Of a stretch of 64,000 nucleotides of DNA, positions 41,398 to 51,416 are shown one piece after another. This stretch comes from an uncultured Actinomycetes bacterium (GTDB lineage: Bacteria > Actinomycetota > Geothermincolia > Fen-727 > JACVIW01): the NCBI GenBank assembly GCA_937127245.1, contig CAKZLU010000017.1, positions 3,452 through 67,451 of the forward strand, given 5' to 3'. A model generated the notes under the pieces. It saw only the letters and a list, made by a program, of their open reading frames with translations, made no database searches and had not been told where the DNA came from. Each line of letters starts with the position of its first letter. The first letter of the stretch is position 1. The position numbers and the translations under genes are program-made.

Positions 41398-42308
41398 TGT
41401 CTTATTCTCCTGCCGGTGAGGCGCAAAAAGACATCCTCGAGGCTCGCTCTTTTTATCGTTACCTCTTTCAGCAAGCATCCCTTCTCGGTTGCCAGATCAA
41501 ATATTTCCATGAGCGCTTTTTGGGGAGAGTCAGTCCTGAGGGCATAAATACCCTCGTCTCGCTCAACGCCCTTAACCCCCGGCATCCTAAGTAGAATCTC
41601 ATCGTCCAGTGGAGGCTCAAGTCTGAAAAAAACTTTGCTCTCCGGCACGTAGTTGTTTATCAAGTCCCTTGGGGTTCCGGAGGCGATAATCTTACCGTGG
41701 TCCATTATCGCCACACGGTCACAGAGCTCCTCGGCTTCCTCCATGTAATGAGTTGTGATCACGACAGTCTTTCCCTTTACCCGAAGCTTTTCCACGATTT
41801 CCCACACGCGCCTTCGCGCCTGGGGGTCAAGGCCTGTGGTGGGTTCATCGAGGAATATGATTTCAGGGTCGTTGATGAGCGCAAGGGCAATCGAAAGTCG
41901 CTTCTGCTGACCCCCAGAAAGGGTCTCGACGAGCGCATCTTTCTTCTCATCCAACCCTACGGTCTTAAGCATTTCGAGGACGGAAGCGGTCCTCCTGTAG
42001 AATGACGCGAAAAGATTTAAGGTTTCCAAAACGGTGAGCCTGGGAAAAAGAGATGTGTCCTGAAGCTGAACACCGATTTTATCTTTCAATGCTCGGGCCT
42101 CTTTTCTCAGGTCCTTTCCCATGAGATAAATCTCTCCAGAATCCGGTTTACGCAGCGTCTCAATAATCTCAAGAGTTGTGGTCTTGCCAGCACCGTTGGG
42201 TCCAAGTATCCCGAAGACCTCGCTCTTTCGTACATCAAAGGAGACGCCGTCAACAGCGCGGACTTCGCCGTAGTATTTTCTCAAATCCCGGACTTCTATT
42301 TCAGACAT
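41394..42308 (-). CDS. ABC exporter ATP-binding subunit
   Basis: GPNGAGKTT, LSGGQ, FLDEPT, TTHYMEEAE, SLEDVFL; 4-bp overlap with the permease. Confidence 0.95.
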   Translation of the reverse strand: MSEIEVRDLRKYYGEVRAVDGVSFDVRKSEVFGILGPNGAGKTTTLEIIETLRKPDSGEIYLMGKDLRKEARALKDKIGVQLQDTSLFPRLTVLETLNLFASFYRRTASVLEMLKTVGLDEKKDALVETLSGGQQKRLSIALALINDPEIIFLDEPTTGLDPQARRRVWEIVEKLRVKGKTVVITTHYMEEAEELCDRVAIMDHGKIIASGTPRDLINNYVPESKVFFRLEPPLDDEILLRMPGVKGVERDEGIYALRTDSPQKALMEIFDLATEKGCLLKEVTIKRASLEDVFLRLTGRRIRQ

Positions 42309-42432
42309 GGCGACCCTTCAAGTCGTCTGTATAACCTTTTACAGCGATTTGCCAAAAATACGAGAGGAAAAGCATTTAAAGAATATTAATAAAAGTTTGT
42401 TGAAACCGTCACATTCAACCATCCCGGGTAAA

Positions 42433-43521
42433 TCAAATAGAGCCATGCTTACTGCAAGAAACCTTGAGGGTGTCAGGTGTCGTGTCAGGCGCGGAATAAT
42501 CATACTCCCCTCCGGACGGACATGATGGAACATCCCCAATCTCGGAAAGATTATCTGGCAGATGCCCATTTGTATCGTAATATTCGATAAGTTTCTTTTT
42601 CAATAACGCCTGGTTCCTCCTGCAGGTTTCCCTATTCTGATCCTCAAGTACGCCGTACTTAGTACTTCTACTTCTGCACTCTTTGATAACGCTTTCGGCA
42701 AGATAAATTACCTTCTCTATATCATCTGCGCTCGAGGCTCTCTCAAGTTCCTCCTCCGCCTCCTCAACCTCCCGAGCAAGATCCTCCGCGCTGATCTTCT
42801 TTTCAATCAGTTTCCCGACTTCTGAATCAGCCTCAAGAATCTTTTGAAGAGCTTGTCTTCTTAACGCATCGATATCGTACTCACCTGAGGTCTTCTCTCC
42901 AACGTGAAACGTCAAATATCTGCTTTTTTTCACGGTTTCGCCGCCGCTTACTACCGACAGCACTACCTGAAGCCTAAAGGTTTCCCCCGCGCTTCCTTCA
43001 ATGCGGAGATCCGCTTCGTAAACTTGGACCGCATCGCTTGATTCAACTCTTTGGGACGTCCTCCAGCACCTGTTGCCTTTAGCGTCAATAACAAGGACGT
43101 CAAGCCTCGATCTCCCCCCTTTTTCAAACCGCGCAAGGCAGCGCACTTTGGCAGTCAGGTACTTCCCCAAAGGGATATTATCAAGGCTTAATGGGTTTCC
43201 CTGGCTGTCAGTCAGGGCAACCCCCTTTATGTCACAGCGCAATCCTCGGGAAACAACCGAGTGCCAAAGAAGCACTCCCACGGTCAACCCCACAACCGCC
43301 ACAAGGCTTACCACCAGGATTGTCAGATAAAGCCACTTCTTGTTTGCCGCCTGTGCTGGCGCAATGCGTTCGCGCGTCTCGCGTCCCATCCGGGTACCGC
43401 CGCCTGCTGAATAATCCCGAGCGCCAGCGCTCGGATTTTGTAAGGGAGCAACAGGCGTGCCGCATGTCCCGCAGTAAAAAGAATCATCAGGAATCTCTCT
43501 TCCGCATCCCGAACACTTCAT
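42433..43521 (-). CDS. zinc ribbon + TM + extracellular domains ending in a pilin-head-like C..CP..C..H domain
   Basis: MKCSGCG..YCGTCG; TM helix; tail CRRNQ..Y....GHLPDNL..CPSGGEY..VSCSKHG. Confidence 0.7.
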   Translation of the reverse strand: MKCSGCGREIPDDSFYCGTCGTPVAPLQNPSAGARDYSAGGGTRMGRETRERIAPAQAANKKWLYLTILVVSLVAVVGLTVGVLLWHSVVSRGLRCDIKGVALTDSQGNPLSLDNIPLGKYLTAKVRCLARFEKGGRSRLDVLVIDAKGNRCWRTSQRVESSDAVQVYEADLRIEGSAGETFRLQVVLSVVSGGETVKKSRYLTFHVGEKTSGEYDIDALRRQALQKILEADSEVGKLIEKKISAEDLAREVEEAEEELERASSADDIEKVIYLAESVIKECRSRSTKYGVLEDQNRETCRRNQALLKKKLIEYYDTNGHLPDNLSEIGDVPSCPSGGEYDYSAPDTTPDTLKVSCSKHGSI

Positions 43522-43772
43522 TCTTTATTCTCCGCGGATTTCCCCGAAAATCATGTGATTGCCCATGAACCTTAACGGGCATATTAGAGCTTGAATTTCC
43601 CGGGCCAGAACCGAAAGGAAGTTTCGCCATAATCGGCATAAATATGAAGCACTCAAAAATCACCTGCTGGAAGTAGGTTAGAAACGATAAGATGCCATTA
43701 TGCTACGAAATCAACCTTACCCGCAAGCAATGTGTCCCCCGCCACTTTTCAGCAAGCGCTTTTCACAACCAC

Positions 43773-44108
43773 CTACTTAGGAATGCCGTGTTTCGAGCAT
43801 TTCACCTGCGGGGGATCGCCGGGAATCCATATGTATTTACCGCCCTCAGGGCAGCTGCCCATAGTACCTGCAAGGTATGGCACTTTTTTAAGGTCCTCAA
43901 GGCTCTTCGGGTATTCCCCTTTTTCCTCCTTGTACGCTTTTATTGCCCCATCAATCGAGCGCTGATTCATGTAGCATATTTCTTCGGGCGACAGTTTAGC
44001 GCCCTTCCTGCCACAACTACCCGAAAAAAGCGCAAGGACAGCGACCGAAATCATACAGGCAATCGTAAACAGTGCCGCGACCTCTCTGCGCCTGACAAGC
44101 ATCTTCAT
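43773..44108 (-). CDS. putative lipoprotein consisting of a ComGC/PulG-like pilin-head domain
   Basis: Hydrophobic leader ending FSGSC; CYMNQRSIDGAIKAY..EKGEYPKSLEDL..CPEGGKY..VKCSKHG. Confidence 0.7.
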   Translation of the reverse strand: MKMLVRRREVAALFTIACMISVAVLALFSGSCGRKGAKLSPEEICYMNQRSIDGAIKAYKEEKGEYPKSLEDLKKVPYLAGTMGSCPEGGKYIWIPGDPPQVKCSKHGIPK

Positions 44109-44542
44109 CACCCCGCAAGACCTCACCGACAACGCTGAAACTCGATACTTAAATACCACCGACCGTATACTTTTTTCTAAAACCTCTATTTCCTTTAACG
44201 AAAAATATTATCCTACAATGATTATCCCACAATGGCGGATTGCTGATTTGAGCTTGAAATCAAAGTAGCCCTTACTTTGAAAAGTGAATACCCATGGTAA
44301 ATTTTTGTCCTTTTAAAAAGCCGATTCCATAAGGCTTGAATTCTCTCACTCTTTCGCCATAAGAGCTCCCTCCACTTCTACAGCGCATTTCTCAATTAAA
44401 ACGGTGAAGGAAGCCTCTCGCGCTTTCTTGCAATAAAAAGGTTAGCGGGGACTCTTTGAGTAATAAGATAATGAACGAGCTCAAGACAGCGGAAAAACTG
44501 AGGCACTATCGTAATCTACTCACCGCTTTGGAGGTGACCGAA

Positions 44543-45112
44543 ATGGCATCAAGGATGGGAAGGAAATACGCCTCAATAATCATTACGCTTTTTGCCATTG
44601 TGGTTATTCTCATTATCCCGGTAACGGCTCAACCTTTCGGTCGTGAGTTTACCTCAAGTCTTTCCTCGGTTCCCGTCCGCACTCGACAAGAAAAGGCAGA
44701 GGAATGGAAGGAGCGCGTACGTCAGCGCGTTACTTTGATAATCCAACGATATGAGGCAAACAAAACGCGACACATAGAAAACTACAATCGAATTAAGGAG
44801 AAATTGAAGCAAATCGTTTCCGAGATCGAAAAATTGGGCCTGGACGTATCGAAACTGCGCGAATCCTGTCAGAAACTCGAAGAGATGATACTTATTTGCG
44901 CCAAGGATTATGAGACCTTCATCGCAAAACTAAGAGAGATACTAAACCTTGGACCTCAGGAGCCGGCATACAAATACAGGCAGATCATATCGGAGGCGAG
45001 GGCTCTTTTCAAAATATTCAGGGCTAACCTAAGGCAAGTTCGCACGTTTTTCAAGACGAACATCCATCCAGAAATCATTCGTCTCAGAAACGAAATTTCC
45101 TCAGGCGCTTAG
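44543..45112 (+). CDS. secreted/anchored all-helical coiled-coil protein
   Basis: GGAGGTG RBS, hydrophobic N-terminal helix, charged heptad-like body. Confidence 0.65.
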   Translation: MASRMGRKYASIIITLFAIVVILIIPVTAQPFGREFTSSLSSVPVRTRQEKAEEWKERVRQRVTLIIQRYEANKTRHIENYNRIKEKLKQIVSEIEKLGLDVSKLRESCQKLEEMILICAKDYETFIAKLREILNLGPQEPAYKYRQIISEARALFKIFRANLRQVRTFFKTNIHPEIIRLRNEISSGA

Positions 45113-45164
45113 AAACAATCTTGAGGAGCGTGACAGACGGGAATAAGATCAGAGGAGGAGACGG

Positions 45165-45467
45165 ATGGGCGATAAAAGAAAAGCCTCAGGTTTGCTTCAA
45201 TCCATTATTTCATTTTTGATTCTTACGGCGCTCCTTTTCGGAGTGTGCTTCCTTCTTTCCTCTTGCAGGAAATCCAGCGCGCCAGGGGACTTAGGCGAAG
45301 GAAAGAAAGCGGAAAGGGACGCGTCTTCAGAAAAAATAAAAAGCGCTGAGACTATCGAGAAATTAGACGAGATCGTGCGTGACATAGACAATGTGCTTAA
45401 TGGTTTGAACGAAAACGATTTCAGCGAAAACGATCTTGTCGAAATTGAGTCGGAAATAGGTAGGTAG
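45165..45467 (+). CDS. small lipoprotein with an acidic C-terminus
   Basis: GAGGAG RBS, lipobox LSSC. Confidence 0.7.
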   Translation: MGDKRKASGLLQSIISFLILTALLFGVCFLLSSCRKSSAPGDLGEGKKAERDASSEKIKSAETIEKLDEIVRDIDNVLNGLNENDFSENDLVEIESEIGR

Positions 45468-45643
45468 GGGCTTTACTGATTTAGCTTGAACAATAATTTT
45501 TACGTTTGTTGAGCCCAATCTTTTTTTGCGCTTTTGCCTGCCGCCTCCGCTATCTGTCCTTTCCCTGTCGTCTTAATATAAATGCTCTTTGAAGTAGGTT
45601 ATCTCGAAAAAGTGACGTATGAGTTTGCCACTTCCTTTGTGCC

Positions 45644-46537
45644 TTAAAATAGATGCTCTTTCAAAAAACGCGACTCTATCTCAACCACTTTTTCAAACGC
45701 GTCCCCCCAGTAAACGTCAAAATGACCCACGGGAAGCGTGACCAGTTGCGCGCCTTTTATCATTCCCGCCATCCTCTTCACCGCATCGGCTGGAATGAGC
45801 GTGTCTTTCTCCGCGCACACAATAAGGGCGGAGCATGAAATTTTTGGTGCGCTTCTTACCGGTCTGTATGTTGAGGCGGTGAACAATATCCGAGCGGGAC
45901 ATTTGTTCTCCCAGGATGAACCCTCAGGAACAATGGACATGTAGCCGTCGTAGGAATCCGCCGTGTTCATTACAGCCAGCTCATCTGGTTTCCCCACCAC
46001 GGGTACGTAATGCGGTTCGCGGAAGGTGAGCATTCTTACAATGTCGCGGAGCCCCTCGGGAAGCGCTTTCAACAGAAAACGGGCTCCCAAAAGGCGCGCC
46101 GTGGCGAAACCATCCACGAAGGGAACCTGTGAGACGACCGCTGATATGCCTGGGACTCTTGAAGCCGTCACGAGCACGTGACCCCCGCTGAAAGAACTAC
46201 CCCAGAGGGCTATCCTACCGCCGTCAATCTCTTTTAGAATTTTTACGTACTGTACCGCGGATTCCCAGTCTTGCAAGTGCCTTCTCGGGCTGACCAGGTT
46301 TCTCGGTTCTCCCTCGCTGTCGCCAAAATTGCGGTAGTCAAAAACAAAAGCTGCGATTCCTTCTGAGGCGAACCGTTCGGCGAAAGCCTCCAGCCTGAAA
46401 GTGCGCTCCGCAGCGAAACCGTGCGCCATTACGACAACCGGAGGTTTCTCTTTTGAATCCGGCAGATAGAGCCACCCGGCACACATTAACCCACCGCTTA
46501 AGAAATTGTAGTCAATCCTTCTCATCCCGACCTCCAC
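45644..46537 (-). CDS. alpha/beta hydrolase
   Basis: VVMAHG, FDYRNFGDSEG, WGSSFSGG nucleophile elbow, GHFD. Confidence 0.9.
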   Translation of the reverse strand: MEVGMRRIDYNFLSGGLMCAGWLYLPDSKEKPPVVVMAHGFAAERTFRLEAFAERFASEGIAAFVFDYRNFGDSEGEPRNLVSPRRHLQDWESAVQYVKILKEIDGGRIALWGSSFSGGHVLVTASRVPGISAVVSQVPFVDGFATARLLGARFLLKALPEGLRDIVRMLTFREPHYVPVVGKPDELAVMNTADSYDGYMSIVPEGSSWENKCPARILFTASTYRPVRSAPKISCSALIVCAEKDTLIPADAVKRMAGMIKGAQLVTLPVGHFDVYWGDAFEKVVEIESRFLKEHLF

Positions 46538-46743
46538 TCTTTTTGGAGGGAAATTCCCACAGTCTCAGAACTCTGCGCGAAATCAAACCAGTATCGTGCG
46601 CTAACCCAATTAGTGAATCTTTAAATCCGCAAATTTATCACTAGGGGATTGGACATATTATAGTATTTTTTTAACATATTTATTGGCGGCATCATTTGTG
46701 TTTTATTTGGAAAGATCCAATCCTTGAGCTAAAGGGGGTTCAT

Positions 46744-47154
46744 ATGGCTAAACTTACCGAGGTTGTTGATTCTTTTTTAAATGAGATGGGAATCGATCCC
46801 CGAAAATGCACAAACAGCGCTTTCCCTTTCTGTCGCTTTCTTAAAGTTGAAAACGCTGAGATGGTTGTAATCGCTCGGGAAGACCCCGGACTCGGGAGAA
46901 CCCTCGGTTTCGTGGGAAAGTTGGATGATTACACGCCAAAAGAACCGGAAAGATATTACCGCGAGCTTCTCATGCTCAACTTCGAGCTCATACACGGCGC
47001 ATTTGCGATCGACAGAAAGACAAACAAAGTGGTGGTGATAGACAACCTCCAGGCTGACCATATCGACTTTGACGAATTCTACGCCTCGGTAAGAAGGGTA
47101 CTCGAGGTAGCCTCTAGGTATAACATGAAGGTTAAGGAGGGTTACTTTGATTGA
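46744..47154 (+). CDS. YbjN / CesT-like chaperone-fold protein
   Basis: ~136 aa with YRELLMLNFELIHGAFAID, VVVIDNL, IDFDEF..SV signature. Confidence 0.7.
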   Translation: MAKLTEVVDSFLNEMGIDPRKCTNSAFPFCRFLKVENAEMVVIAREDPGLGRTLGFVGKLDDYTPKEPERYYRELLMLNFELIHGAFAIDRKTNKVVVIDNLQADHIDFDEFYASVRRVLEVASRYNMKVKEGYFD

Positions 47155-48208
47155 CATCGGACCGATTAAGCCAGCCGCGGGGAAGGCAAAGGATTTCGAG
47201 GACTTAATCAAGAGCGCAAGGGTCATGCTTTGCTCGCCTTACGGCGAATGCGATATTCCACATGAAAACATTGGTGCGTTTGTCAATAGAATAGAAACGC
47301 TTCCCGTTAAACCAGCATTCGAAGCCGAATTATGCTCGGATTCAACGGAATCGTGCTGGAGCCAGTTGGTCAAAATCTATGACGCTTTGCTCGGTAAACA
47401 CATAGAGCGCTTGCTTGAAGAGATTTCTTCAGTCCATAGAAAAATTCTCGACACCATTATCCTGGAACATGGGATCAAAAGCGATTCCCTCCAAGATGAT
47501 ACCATTGCCTGCCTGCGCGCGGCTTTTTATCTTCTGCGCATAAAAAAAGAATGCCTAAATCGGCATCAAGTTGACCAGGCTTGTATAGCGATAGAAGCTT
47601 TCAAGGGACTCGAAATTGAGATAAAGCAGAAGCTGAAGCCACGTATCGAGGAGCGTTACGACCTTCTTAGGCAATCGGTCAACATAATCACTGAAGAAGG
47701 GAAAGTTGACGATATTGTGGATCACTTACACAAAAATAATTTTTTAAACGTAAAAGAGGGGATGATCAAACCAGTCACTTCCGTCATCGATGACATAAGA
47801 AGCGGGCTTGAGGCCCGAAAAATTACAGAGGGTATGTTCAAGTGCGCATTGATTCTTGCCCTTTTCGGGCATGAATACACATATAAATCGAGTCTCACGG
47901 GCATGCCTATCGCGATTTCCAACCCGCTTGGATGTGAATTAACAAACCCTGAAGGAAAGAAGATATCATGGATATGCAGGAAATTTTGTTCGCTTCAAAA
48001 GATGCGAAACGAGCTCGTTCACGAAAAAACTTACGTGCCTACCAAATCCAGAGTGGAGAAAGTTAACGAAATCGTGACGGACTGCATAGAGGTGCTATCC
48101 GTCCTACAGGATTTGAAGTTCATACCCTTTGAGCCCAAGGGCTCCCCCTCGTCTCGCAGTAAAGAGGTCACCTCTGACAAGACGAATGTTTCGGGGCGGA
48201 AAGAGTGA
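47147..48208 (+). CDS. HEPN-domain protein (putative RNase)
   Basis: Helical protein with DQACIAIEAFKGLEIEIK helix, KITEG and RNELVH (RxxxxH) followed by a final helix; overlaps the upstream gene by 8 bp, own AAGGAGG RBS. Confidence 0.65.
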   Translation: MIDIGPIKPAAGKAKDFEDLIKSARVMLCSPYGECDIPHENIGAFVNRIETLPVKPAFEAELCSDSTESCWSQLVKIYDALLGKHIERLLEEISSVHRKILDTIILEHGIKSDSLQDDTIACLRAAFYLLRIKKECLNRHQVDQACIAIEAFKGLEIEIKQKLKPRIEERYDLLRQSVNIITEEGKVDDIVDHLHKNNFLNVKEGMIKPVTSVIDDIRSGLEARKITEGMFKCALILALFGHEYTYKSSLTGMPIAISNPLGCELTNPEGKKISWICRKFCSLQKMRNELVHEKTYVPTKSRVEKVNEIVTDCIEVLSVLQDLKFIPFEPKGSPSSRSKEVTSDKTNVSGRKE

Positions 48209-48336
48209 CTGCGTGGAAAACTTATTAATCTTTTCAAGGCGACTACCGTCAAAGGTTTCTCACGTTCTCCTTGGTTCTGTTAGTATTAAACAACAGGAAT
48301 TGGAAAAGGTCCGGTCTTTTATGGTCCCTTGCGCAA

Positions 48337-48978
48337 ATGAGCCATCAAGATTTCGTTATCAGACCGTTCGAACCTGAAAAAGACCTCGAAGCCGCATACA
48401 AATGCTATGTCAGCGGATTCTATCACTGCCTATGGCCGCTCATCGATCACGCTGAAAAGAGGTTCACTCATGAAATCATACTCATGTCACATGCGATTTC
48501 CGACGTTTCTCTCATCGCAGAGGCGGACGGCGAGGCCCGCGGTATCCTCATGGGATTTTTCCCGCGTGAACTAAAATCCCTCCTGAGGGCAGCCCTGCAT
48601 TCAATAGCTTTCAACGTGCAGGTTTTACTAAGAAAGTACAAAATGAGTCCTTTCGCCAAAGCAGCGTACTGGCAGGGCATTCGCGGAGACCTTTCAAATA
48701 TATTGCACGGAACTGAATCGGTTGCGGAGGTTCTACTTCTGACCTCGCAGAAGGATTACCGGAAAGGTATCGGCACGGCGCTGATGGATGCCTGGGTAGA
48801 GGAGGTTAGAAAGCGCGGTTACAAAAAGACGACTCTCTGCACCGACTCCACCGTAAACTGGAGGTTTTACGAGAAGTACGGTTTTAAAAGAATAGCAGAA
48901 TACCCTTTGAAATCATTCTATTACGCGCTTCCCGGGGTGGATGTTACCGGCTACAGATATGTTCTTGAACTCGATTAG
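48337..48978 (+). CDS. GNAT family N-acetyltransferase
   Basis: IRPFE, YRKGIGTALM, FYEKYGF. Confidence 0.88.
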   Translation: MSHQDFVIRPFEPEKDLEAAYKCYVSGFYHCLWPLIDHAEKRFTHEIILMSHAISDVSLIAEADGEARGILMGFFPRELKSLLRAALHSIAFNVQVLLRKYKMSPFAKAAYWQGIRGDLSNILHGTESVAEVLLLTSQKDYRKGIGTALMDAWVEEVRKRGYKKTTLCTDSTVNWRFYEKYGFKRIAEYPLKSFYYALPGVDVTGYRYVLELD

Positions 48979-49052
48979 GAAAATCGCGGAAAACTTAGTT
49001 GAAAACTGAAATATTTGCCTGATGCAAGCTGCACAGATGACAGGAGGACGAG

Positions 49053-49964
49053 ATGGTTCAGGTTGACATTTTTTGGTCCTACGCTATCGGCTCCAGTTTC
49101 GCGCTTTCCGCTTTCCGCCAGTTAAGAAAAATCACGCGGGAAAATCCGCCGAAAACTAATGATTTCAACTGGCGGGATTTCAGACGCATGGTGCGCGAAA
49201 TTGAGCATGGGGGCGCTGCATTCCACAATCCGTACTTCCTTAAAACGCTTCTATTCCTTTCTCTTCTCTTCGTGCCATCAGGCGCGGTGCTACTATGGTC
49301 AAACCCCGAATGGGAAACGATGCAGGTCGGTCGCTACGAGACCATTCCGGGATGGCTTGTGGGAGCCTTCACCATAACTAACGTGACCCAGGGGATTTTA
49401 GGATACTGGGTCACATACAACCTCCTTATGAAAGGAAAGTATTTCAGAGCCGCTCTTCAAGTGGTTCTCTCTTATTTTGGTTTCTGGTTCATACTGGTAA
49501 ACGGGTGGGATAAGACCGGTTACAGGCGTTTCTTTTCCAGGTCAAGAGGAGAGTTTGAAAACTGGCGTCCGTCAAACGTTTTCAGGTGGCTTTCAAGTGA
49601 CGTGGTAAGAATCCTTTTGTTCTTCGGAATAGGCTTTATACCGCTGATGCTTTACTGGACATCAAAGTGGTTAATGGAGGGCGCTATAAACAAAGGAATA
49701 ATTGAGCCGCTTACCCCAGCAGAGCGAAAAAGTAGGATGCTGAAAATTTCCGGAAAGCTTCTCGGAGCGGTCGCGGGAACCACTCTCGGGCTTGCCATCT
49801 GCTCAACCGCGCTCATAAGAAAGCTTGGGTGGGTAGCGGGGACAGCCGCCTCTGCGGCGTTCATTTACGCAGTCGTATTTCGAGACGGTAGCCTTGCTCG
49901 CAGGCTGACAGAGGAAATCATGATGGTCGACACCCTCGAAGTGCCCTGCGTGCTGGAAGGCTAA
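49053..49964 (+). CDS. multi-pass membrane protein of unknown function
   Basis: AGGAGG RBS; several TM helices; MVQVDIFWSY start, PEWETMQV, GWDKTGYRRF. Confidence 0.75.
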   Translation: MVQVDIFWSYAIGSSFALSAFRQLRKITRENPPKTNDFNWRDFRRMVREIEHGGAAFHNPYFLKTLLFLSLLFVPSGAVLLWSNPEWETMQVGRYETIPGWLVGAFTITNVTQGILGYWVTYNLLMKGKYFRAALQVVLSYFGFWFILVNGWDKTGYRRFFSRSRGEFENWRPSNVFRWLSSDVVRILLFFGIGFIPLMLYWTSKWLMEGAINKGIIEPLTPAERKSRMLKISGKLLGAVAGTTLGLAICSTALIRKLGWVAGTAASAAFIYAVVFRDGSLARRLTEEIMMVDTLEVPCVLEG

Positions 49965-50063
49965 CTCTTAAGGCGGAATTACACGTGATAAGCCCTTTTT
50001 CTCTTGAAAAAAAGCAAGTTAGGATTCCAGCGGTCGAACCTTATCGGTGGCGGTCCTTTCTGG

Positions 50064-51416
50064 TTAAGAGCGAATGACCCCCAAAAGCTCTTTAACCTTT
50101 TCATCAAGCAACTCTTTTGCCTTGGCTTCCACATTCAAACGGATAAGCGGCTCGGTGTTTGAAGGGCGCACATTAAACCACCAGTCCTCATAAGAGACCG
50201 TAATTCCGTCAATGTGGTCTATTTTTCCATCGGAATACCGCTCCTCAATTTCGGCAAGTTTGGCGGGAATATTGTCCACCCTACTGTTTATCTCACCCGA
50301 GGCAAAGTATTTCTTGAAAGGCTTCAATATTTCCGAAAGAGGCTTGCCCTCCACACTTATAATCTCAAGCACCATCACAGCCGCGATAAGCCCGGAATCC
50401 GCGTTGTAATTGTCCCTGAAGTAATAATGTCCGCTGTGCTCACCCGCAAAAATAGCCCCTGTCTGAAGCATTGTTTGCTTAATAAATGAATGCCCAACTC
50501 TCTCCCTTATTGGTATTCCGCCTTTCGCTTCAATGGTCTCGGGCACGGTCCAGCTGTTTATCGCGTTGTAGATTACTTTCTCTCCCGGGTTCTTTTCAAG
50601 AATTCTGTTTATGAGTATCGCATTGGTGAGTGACCCGCTTATCGGTTCGCCATGGTCGTCAACCAGAAATACCCTGTCGGCGTCTCCGTCAAAAGCCATC
50701 CCCAAATCAGCGTTATTCTCTTTCACCCACGCCGAAAGAAGCTTTATGTTCTCCGGATCAATCGGGTTGGGTTGATGATGAGGGAATGAGCCGTCAAGCT
50801 CAAAGCAGTAACCGACCAGTTCGCACGGTAGCTTTTCAAAAATCGCGGGAACTATCATGCCCGCCATGCCGTTGCCCGCGTCAACAACCACCTTCAAAGG
50901 TCGAATTGACCCAATGTCTATAAATCCAAGGACGTGCTCGACGTAGCGCTCAAGCATTGGCTCTTCCAAGCGTGAGCCACGCCTTGATGGTTTTGGAAAC
51001 TTTCCCTTAAGGGTCATATCCCTTATCTGTCCGAGACCAGTGTCAATGCTTATCGGTCTTGCGAGCCTGCGGCAGAACTTTGCACCGTTGTATTCCTTTG
51101 GATTGTGAGAGGCGGTAAACATCACGCCTGGAAGATTAAGAACGCCAGACGCAAAATAGAGCATATCAGTTGAGCAAAGCCCGACGTCGACGACATCCGC
51201 GCCCTGCTGGAGCGCGCCATCTATGAAAGCCCCTGAAAGCGCCGGTGAAGAAAGACGCATGTCCCTGCCAACCACGATCTTGTCCTCGCGCAGAAACGCG
51301 ACAAACGCCCTGCCCACACTCCTCATGATTTCCTCATTCACCTCATCAGGGTATATGCCTCTAATGTCGTACGCTTTGAATACCCCCGGATCAATCTCCC
51401 TCATATCCTCGCTCAT
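50064..51416 (-). CDS. manB: phosphomannomutase/phosphoglucomutase
   Basis: FKAYDIRG, TASHNP, FDGDADR, GEHSGH, RPSNTEP. Confidence 0.93.
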   Translation of the reverse strand: MSEDMREIDPGVFKAYDIRGIYPDEVNEEIMRSVGRAFVAFLREDKIVVGRDMRLSSPALSGAFIDGALQQGADVVDVGLCSTDMLYFASGVLNLPGVMFTASHNPKEYNGAKFCRRLARPISIDTGLGQIRDMTLKGKFPKPSRRGSRLEEPMLERYVEHVLGFIDIGSIRPLKVVVDAGNGMAGMIVPAIFEKLPCELVGYCFELDGSFPHHQPNPIDPENIKLLSAWVKENNADLGMAFDGDADRVFLVDDHGEPISGSLTNAILINRILEKNPGEKVIYNAINSWTVPETIEAKGGIPIRERVGHSFIKQTMLQTGAIFAGEHSGHYYFRDNYNADSGLIAAVMVLEIISVEGKPLSEILKPFKKYFASGEINSRVDNIPAKLAEIEERYSDGKIDHIDGITVSYEDWWFNVRPSNTEPLIRLNVEAKAKELLDEKVKELLGVIRS

